Assembly: GCA_965649825.1 (NCBI GenBank)
Contig: OZ287703.1
Span: 434,001 to 498,000 of the forward strand
Origin: Penicillus capitatus
Taxonomy: Eukaryota; Plantae; Chlorophyta
Reading direction: 5' to 3'
Length of the DNA: 64,000 nt
The position numbers were made by a program, and so were the translations under genes. The notes below the pieces were generated by a model. That model saw only the letters and a program-made list of their open reading frames with translations, made no database searches and was not told the origin of the DNA. Positions 63,001-64,000 of the stretch are shown here, piece after piece. The first letter of the stretch is position 1. Each line of letters starts with the position of its first letter.

Positions 63001-64000
63001 GGACATTGGAAGAAACGGGAATCACCAACCTGTGCAGATGACAGATGTGTGAAGCTCGAAATCGCTGATGTACCAGAAGAGTCGCTTTCCGAAGAAAGCA
63101 GTGATGAAGAAGCAGAAGCAAGCGAGGAAATCGCATCTGGCGACCAGGCAAAGGTATCCGAGGACGAAAATGAAGCAACTGTCGCTTCAGAAGATGGCGA
63201 GTGGCACTGGCTGTTGGAAAACTTCGAAGGACCAAAGGAACAGCTTGTTTCCCTTGAAGAAGAGAGTTCGAGGAAGACGGAGAAACAGGCCACTGAGATG
63301 GTATCGACTGATCAACCAGGCGACGTCTGTGGTCAGAGCAGTAGTGGATACATGGAGAAACTCGACAAAGTCGAAGACATTCTCCAAACAGTGATAGAGA
63401 GCATAGTTGAAACATCAACATCACCCATTAAAGATTCATCACTCAGAGCTCTCACATTGGATCGCATCGTGGATGAAATCACCAAAGTGAAAACAGCTGC
63501 AGACTCCTGGAAAGAAGTATTCGAAGAGGCAGTTCGTTATTCCCATATTCCAAAGAAAGAAGAGGAAAGGAATGCAGACAGTCGGGTCGTATGCGCAGGG
63601 CTATTCCTCATTTCTCAGATTCAGTTTTTTGAACGATACCTGGAGCTCTGCACGCTCTTTAAGATTCCGGAATTTGTGAAGGATGTGCTTGACGGCATTG
63701 TGCAACATTTGGATGCCATTCCTAAGAGCAACTTGCCAGTAGAATTCAGTAGAATCCTCGAAGGATTTGGTGTGTCAGTTGCAACAAGAGGAACCACGAC
63801 AGAAGACTTTTCAATGCCGTCAAGGCGAAGTTTCTTTGATCAATCTGAAATGAGTAGTAGTTCCCGGAGAGATGAAAACCGCCGAAGACAAGGCCTTTCC
63901 TCTTTTTGTGCTGATAAAACAAGCAATGCAGAGGATGTCATGATAATCGATACTGCATACAAAAGCTTTCTCCGAAAACTGCCAAACATAATTTCGGGTT
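42061..64000 (+). CDS. Gene B: paralogue of gene A, giant midasin-like AAA+ protein, 3'-truncated by the window (at least 7,313 codons)
   Basis: ATG at 42061 (MEPSWKWFELSVLQEALKDSL...CIVQAYAVKVF...ILNWF) aligns with the N-terminus of gene A. After 42 kb the ORF track lists plus-strand ORFs only in the other two frames, consistent with frame 1 having no stop to the window end. Spot translations at 43501, 44461, 59101 and 63961 match gene A in frame. An upstream exon is possible (acceptor-like ctgctag at about 42054). Confidence 0.92.
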   Translation, partial: MEPSWKWFELSVLQEALKDSLDATDNNALENMCLAIDAIISRGSIETTETDLTNAGMVVFFKCIVQAYAVKVFKTKTVASGPLSRILNWFVKNISSKQRRVIFEILFCEKEYDASRLQVATVAKKKEGKMKLERDIKKASPTILLQLLALTNFTNQETDAVLNLLLYAICKDSDSDVNTTSSKPRTGEKTIEDEMIASKELLSLFLNRSLISDTPHGNTSAEITEEIQADGHIDVSQHDSESKEDQEADHGDESISDTLLVTAMNTCSSEDAFSAFLSNLNTLYNGSLVFKKPQLHRILETMLSLEEVDASAFLLGGVKSELVDNVALFSDIAEYLFVAPVLYLTSPVLSFDNICGLISLCAEHIVLETPLRFPDVFSVFVKHSEVKDGNTQWICERLHLLSLFLSDETESVDASSISEAFVESLFAAFLTLEDQMHWEDEENLHFDVFADLTTIIEYCHKNASFPVFSSLLKVSQLNIDVFTQLSGKFCSPGMMYRWGNQPDTEDVIALLELCKVPQSESIEWVLMALESLLESEAGRNEIYNSQRSDADWIEVCGTLLDKSSKESMATKAVPALVRLACTLGKDKCIHPINALMSEIEQLLCAELSTEDFSKFVTVLADLSADLLKEVIAAACNAAAGIERIEDVQFFSHLLTNLTDPSSERTEPLKDALFSALGELFGLMRECDGKGRINSLMELICFILDNRNALVHKVEARPSDNHTAAIPPFSSARFPDGQGIQSETASLTDLRRMIETFERPGLSLESSDLRNAVLQTYRPPCKEKEEDGASESKERSMILTATTEENIAMIQEVVADGNPVLLIGSTGVGKTATLTEVCRRRGVKFVRINMSSNLTPEDFLAKVNVDSSGKIVQELQPFADSFKNGVWVLLDEMNLAEEGALKVVIDAMESGEITICDQSSALSSTAVIKKHPDFRLFAAQNPWQAGKRERLSDSFMSQFSIMHFKELPRDEWREIVEKKIAEGRDNNPELIQKLAKQMTDFHCDVRERIAEGCSEKGSYATITNRELLMWTDMVLAEEELVQAEEKLGDHAWLIYGCRFRGDGRQLVQKVIGDRSLTFRSEGSRLEDANERFARIQGPCLRKDVTLVDQFWTAHFSSEPFPDEDARKAFDACAAVHRSVLRKIQGAEFMKTFGVYTTFSESWLAKWIADALENRLLGTDDWTGLGRLGTEIYCSRIRHDQAMSDVFDVFAQHFDLGLADVPSMTSSVPEMPVVLSDQMCQHLVSVAEAVRSEQPVLIEGTAGSGKTCLGKVIAFLLGNHYEQVTLTQESEPSAMLGECLPSSSPVGEGIVQWRDGPLTRAFVQGSVCIVDNIGQAEPVLQERINPVLESPKVLCLTERGDTEALRCRVLADGTWSSTPGPARGFQFIATFTPKGVAARGMDSLSKELTAALFNRFVTIHIDDPACGPDDEFRGALEAMVRCCLPRDRCEASLNAISDYCLRIRRFVSKSTQMFVSFRDFATLIDVATVLMIRRPEVEDQVALHCAMTVAFAAQMRDGDLRRSLCTEMGCPSDALGQLKLLDRFEKSSDLVLTESRKAHAQAVLLGAFVNKPVLLEGKPAVGKTSLVQGLKGFGGADKSVRALSNSDTTTIQDYFGTWIPSDSGFSFQKGILVQAMEGGDWFISDEFNLAPVAVIAALMPFLEGNCTVQIPGSDMRVSVHPDFRFFATQNPSRGGNDGRKQLPITVRNRFLAVDVEDFPRDELQEIVRDKFRGGRYEGIAEEMDSRALAELYFASADGLRLTMRDIVKIVRRYKMLKDEGRQKVTWAATAMSLLGPRATTTEETSRLTQLIESSFGSGGVTEAEACARKHVKRERQGVSFFQGKLHVHFHGFKLDNSPLWRDSLSGNGPPAVFQDKLVDLAFALKANEPVLLFGESAFKTELIKTWLELSGMTESVQRVHLTSQSEATDLIGQVQLLSFVDVLSSLASTGDFILSYLGQQLTEKSKPPTLKLKNVYICDLRERLRRRVLQFKHKLCRQEYDIGDEDSFSAVNLSDTVATSNTQDKQTSSNSEYEDDYSEFSSKISSDDSATNETDEDNVDDSEDSRTYEKEHDVQGSNSVEPNTFDQASDSLKEKSAELAEDDHLTFIDDVILKIPVLVNEILGEEIPAAVQRMVRRLEQLRMFIRSRDAQNSKPCFLFRDGPFVKAITMEHAFVVEDYDLCAQAVTERLNSALEVDPTFSIPEDVSFSARVAAEMEIPKKGYCFIATSHLDSENKKPQLSAATQSRLTQIRVPVYGTPDIMSIAEEKLRRTLHASEVESLPYVMGSIKGVRSEVVGDDPEHPCEDFRRILRWIAFVTAHPRNLTIRKRCMLGAKFFYLTGYPTDIQNEVLQKIFSDEFEKLKSDLELPVDRNPFEIEETAGDAGRVVSLMGQGLSLSVPPTLETPSGDNRLPELSLCVTDSVRENMARIFASICTNSPLLLEGAPGIGKTAVITQVARFLGTDLERINCSSDTSIEQLYGSVMPMYIDNRRVFEWRDGKLLKALKSQRWILLDEVNLLPAQVLESLVPLLNGSAEAEGFSVPGKLDSEPVAVHGTRIFATMNPAAEGGGRAKLSRSIKNTFTVVQIEGYDSEDLKQILGKQFEGLIEKGLVEEEDLQHVFDVYKKVEQSVEKGEIQGANRKHKLNLRDLKSVHDIVAGNIETQISHHRLMACDDDTEESEESFDKRPVVTSVIRKALQLVFKHRFDNRSAEKQIQRTIDEVVKPPQMELDQSDSPSIDLSVGDLVRIGNVYMEKDEARASQGSLVHTVKTIRQLELLATASQSQRAVLLEGPTCSKKTSLVRELASLAGVPLLVLSLHRDFEVSDLIGQWLPVSASNVASELSKKVFRLTDDAARLGLRIAGKLSQKRRAEFYGAMQACYTEGAETGTPQEMEEVVESVQLALETLKGCKLTKWQSLVRAADELKESAISSEDSSSSIVFKFVESDLIKALKSGSFVLFDNINAASPDVIERLLSLFEETPFLSLYEHSEGEELRPGDGIHPTTRIFATADRKKINTFGLSNPLLNRMIKIWLPEIDGDVLDPDVRLLESHETVEIASEALRSVEGGNVAAVLAVAFHARVRQLVQTSRITLTRDSKISFRMLQQALSVIRTWLERGEPLFNAVVWGLWRVYAAIVETNEDLKRLRQAIHESCEDTASLPLHKFYCVSSGRDALTPFQKESRNLQFVFASLLCACMKHLLKHIQNVHLDAETSRSLAVSIKDYFCRLHPQEAENAVDIVEGVCTVPEVVQLCRDHGGLLSEYFKDISEKEEKILKYFCQNPERLISQTKEFISQSTFADWKLRKAFLEDMCSVLDAVFCILDVQFRNRNQEFERVRELFQKIYQIKHLMCCFFPLEKETFGKEVSVLEKHLGRCTDRAVKYNLQKRLSEVICETDTKLSRSIVRLMRSTDASTAERNRTGIAFALSALDWKTTLLLPQGLLVSAREDFCALEILDVQRKLSRISILKEVHDLLKVLPLPEDKNLLHVDNRSLFGLGVKAIRDTVSAFRNFVFGSSRSDISTHSKGLEEAESVNIAVERLHLILRSSDSCFALSDELLAAVDFHVDIMSYLLEDRRRNKNATLTRGDIRNCHELFNRLRRSTQSIAKSEFCLPWIALFESSVKIDVPYKIVRCSQENLDREIFDGEGPTSAVLLVGDLDSGTSLSDLVSLVLFEKEASSSDSEKIHVNVLHYMWSKECSSKKKWMEQWTKNHKDNYCFSFSEEELLSVDSFPRQPLSRLGITIVACLSTLAIHGKDGGVEGKRASDVNQRFISGLEKQMTSYLSEVELWSNKEDDNLFHHLVQLDACLVQSQKQGLNENGKSLDRFLRVFSEVKLMAEESKLEKALDAIKEKLLASGWQSTSIAFSFRNLMIKLADYSVQELTSCLNELLRQTESKFGDYLIAMDMIASVLKLKKLLIQYATECLDADDLSVWKKCNDLCYFVSEVVKYFIDFLIVKDDKMELNRSKPLEDFDQWHEALVKQTAELEIPASLLQENDLEDIFLALKNQFKQQLKEENEKASLARASLLGTQVKEGITDTSSTVLKSKAEVQASKVKSLKSKFQDLWKKAKDQSQPATFVMQEAVKAVQALDRLKEDELNDITLARYQNRLQNLRMELDKPQVEEIGKRQSAISNELVGLLSKRLQCMHAADFSFAHQHPNSCSSFQYQQFQIHMRQLEDVAFEKSSTKEEIEYLIHTASNRQKHSLLQQALEALCQCCKLQNTDEGRRQLGGLSSLHIFSDQLSNRLAFEADRDTHNELLNCAVAELVQKRAEYLIEEYYELLAGWKSGKVGKSLEAVLDLCSDERFSMVHAYSTLEEMDGCTKQLQNDLASLTALSKNGLCFASPSLSMEDVAVLFSVNPDFLCNFLLNPVKTSDQDSVPVEFDFSANQQGGLLSMLAYQQEDGSRLLVFDRSSDVEGFLKAMKTVVVDEWGENVSQDENDLGVEEIFVAFHFVLMPCVFSQQQTGHLESIIKLAPSEPSQKKITDLETSIDHYQESIQKLRSQLLQKGLGQERDLDILEVDKNNSNSMKEMENEMERKKRELMQVKNEVDAYRSEICSMLMRTLQDLLTTGLVCFCKIIQSNRLESLLRNGNTTSVDTVHALYEAVLCEVRYSISKRRNMNVKAEQEFKHWCQSCNEFCEGQLKKLSNEDPLRKAAEILCKCALIGNQRALQRMSSATKSLSNSTFSFMNLGAKAENLATSLIETCTHNWCNGSEIEKISENLLQWEEKCRGFGEKGDVDDPISLDLAYLRNLILHSVGCCCSYAHKIYPVSWYEETLLPKLEESVKEKVLLSMPSSDEEELKAEMKLLPCCWASHTTSLQTSIVEDTLVNPFQLTYILEQCSAVNAPLYQSVSYAGQLFVRGILELESTLHNISQTNKIPIITSEECQNLDTLLKQLLEMCGESLPVMTVKQTHRRFSELSAQIVELTNAMLQTRKHPRPYLTDYLGRICEQWWYETASMCLQKLPAEHKSATNTLNQRIANVPGKNILEDLLQLSDFSDLDKLRESLRNKGMDLTSATLSDQQIQYLRVFSSVLSQLPLSARSRLLHNWRTCQAFSSARMPVEEYDEFLKAHENLLKTAVLKILFFRNVFDEETKMVISKGCCILHNLCNAICHEVIEWIQSLHSDLQRVVENADTLVEDCASARRDYNKSIASFLDARHERRKRTQQNCIQKLKTLEQRRQNLRSELTEITNGLCSHYSDLWRGATLYFKHEGISDWYMLESNGMLDLSRSLNVVLQKQQVLYQEKHVTDCINLAKYELKSVVIQLEILTLDLDSFLRLDDAVVQIGVSEGGIGRIHSVKYGYDSGKLLPISYVVTDEESFTLRLLFTGKDSNEFARQFKLGEMDKLVCFRVDGVKSCERKPIVKFSIAKKTMIIGEEDLSMLSAVSCSQTCPGPLSQLSEKMHALVKEYDEHFDELQQNICQNGDAVNEEREASASLNISSVERSSIERSPQTQATTKWSNVLNEITQLFHGVQSDLVAARENQGMHLNSQRIRDGLKSIGDAMQRMQGLEFDESKLHVVDFDHDGKDLSSAWTLDMKSPFLRIKECMAKMRRLGERSLELLSTAALYALFQTSLAVVSNKDFINLEKELQEWRVLLKDSPMSSNQKEAIAFKAENRCRSALSLANARVQCMSCFEHIRDEHQRITRLNEKDSPLLPGTKLHHGAKLIVMPSDTGICILDTEHTSIDFGTHLYAADDKKAGARARVCVVEVVNRTASTMIVSVAPAEGPSTSGFSVLAPSRVRLYGRSTHQFSFRINDKAVGRICERWQIQSPETKLNDCFELCANIQRLAVQLSAEEMDFGVLLTISEEQKREIFIRNVTDLPLLIKGQIQSNKNRCSLSMSPEKMLLLPRETQYLEFTLKPSATEENVESTVVIGAVQSFKYLKLKAKISRPKFVFLDEMNKKLEGVHDMRAVKKGKTAKSSVSLKNEGDVPVTFSVNSKLDALQIEPSAGSVPIGSIMPVKLMIKCPGNSENLNIQAIVSAKGCQQSQLRIRARWIDPVPEFREISVKFKIATEQLVHMVKKDERSLELTARNKLINRDDIPVTVYPPKSDDFTFDRPHYSFEGKGEIDVEMKWTVRWLKKQEYTVTFLTDAGKKLSFKVHLLWAAGKLKITPKSWLRLNPVKAGETMSRDIKINTDRQFSILNRPPQSKLTKTFSLTEVRSGRPKKGQKPCLLGSDDASIGFRSSKQFKVCVKTKEGTGWIVEDLAFQTEQAVFVHEDPKKCQLMQQKLTIVAPTPDTPNALANLMQSCKKSTGIGSVGKNTAFCLPNLDILREINSSPSTLQSFLLMMLCEVEILQKEWKVTTELARRILGRDPDDAASLCADHLKHLEQAPRRNAGPSSTLADYFETLKDHFEERGHNNMSEICIPLAAVSNTPVNIQTVAQAMYMLLHADCTEKQQWKSAIAVIKTTLPDAFSAVKFDSAYDAVAELLDSQKSALFDILALLKRLMLSDDEEIASFRFATSIVESLLKTDAGSSVDTVIAGLLPESHQHREFVLQSLSLNENNREEMLLSLVSNRMRDSVKQMCSGDPETIVTGFCRLVKEDEDQINCDMMRDLVRALSETGKQEKRPLTRHAGDSPSEKAKKRIEPILQGAQLESACDPICALHGRESETRRNHNVRRVVVETLFAVLHRLPTGRHELLSNIKSAALKISDRFFPPNSQQKASDIERELQFVEAQYRSKLVDLMMQWIQLNPRDVGIDLVLKPLMEMLRELLAPDEGTSSEPSLVDFQSIEQSLIEALSKLDPAAISRETHPYDLLSKVVGFIAVLNENCLEKAVELANELSSLQMDPTKKTAIAACRAISEELSTEAFKIVMDLLEEDHDDDENVEKLILHRILPQQITDAFDTLIESWSDVDSDANEEELLKKIEEISEPDVMATFKLVGNVTKAKKSVSCMDESQMESIDGLLKIKKLFDSLSPLGCWEKREKSRAVWNILLSASAIGYGAELTLEGLCLSKMSLLLSLTEFYGKGHWKKRESPTCADDRCVKLEIADVPEESLSEESSDEEAEASEEIASGDQAKVSEDENEATVASEDGEWHWLLENFEGPKEQLVSLEEESSRKTEKQATEMVSTDQPGDVCGQSSSGYMEKLDKVEDILQTVIESIVETSTSPIKDSSLRALTLDRIVDEITKVKTAADSWKEVFEEAVRYSHIPKKEEERNADSRVVCAGLFLISQIQFFERYLELCTLFKIPEFVKDVLDGIVQHLDAIPKSNLPVEFSRILEGFGVSVATRGTTTEDFSMPSRRSFFDQSEMSSSSRRDENRRRQGLSSFCADKTSNAEDVMIIDTAYKSFLRKLPNIISG
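43900..47870. repeat. Inverted near-identical tract 1, right arm
   Basis: Partner of 20450-24420; coordinate sum 68319. Confidence 0.93.
44450..51400 (+). other. Six-module AAA+ ring of gene B
   Basis: The six Walker A/B sets match gene A, e.g. GSTGVGKT at about 44527, GKPAVGKT at about 46783, GAPGIGKT at about 49384 and GPTCSKKT at about 50428. Confidence 0.92.
48405..52440. repeat. Inverted near-identical tract 2, right arm
   Basis: Partner of 15670-19705; coordinate sum 68109. Confidence 0.92.
59100..60790 (+). other. Ig-like (ASH/PapD-like) repeat array of gene B
   Basis: Colinear with 7290-8970 of gene A (TSIDFGTHLY, EEMDFGVLL..IFIRNVTDLPL, VSLKNEGDVPVTFSV). Confidence 0.6.

Noticed and set aside
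1-64000. Prokaryotic or viral origin of the contig; CRISPR arrays, rRNA, tRNA
   Set aside because: Frame-restoring spliceosomal introns in four genes indicate a eukaryotic nucleus. No repeat-spacer array or structural RNA was recognised by eye (tRNAscan/Infernal not run).

Overview
Eukaryotic (protist-like) genomic DNA with very short GT-AG introns (45-57 nt in every intron I could reconstruct); the taxon cannot be assigned from the sequence. About 75% of the window is two head-to-head paralogues of a giant midasin/Rea1-derived AAA+ gene. Gene A (minus, 220 to about 26.3 kb, about 8,600 aa after splicing) has a helical N-domain, six tandem AAA modules, a long helical/coiled-coil linker, about five Ig-like beta-sandwich repeats and four tandem VWA domains. 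Gene B (plus, 42061 to beyond 64000, at least 7,300 aa) is missing from the ORF track because it has no stop in the window. The copies are a mosaic of near-identical inverted tracts (two of about 4 kb over the AAA ring) and strongly diverged blocks. The ring shows an alternating active/inactive ATPase pattern. Between the copies are three spliced minus-strand genes: an EF-hand-like hypothetical protein, a RING1-IBR plus MYCBP2-type RING-Cys-relay E3 ligase, and a microbial-type PARG macrodomain with a variant catalytic loop. About 9 kb of gene-poor sequence with only fragmentary coding signals follows. No rRNA, tRNA, CRISPR array or intact mobile element was recognised. Domain calls come from motif recognition by eye, not database searches, and identity values are visual estimates.
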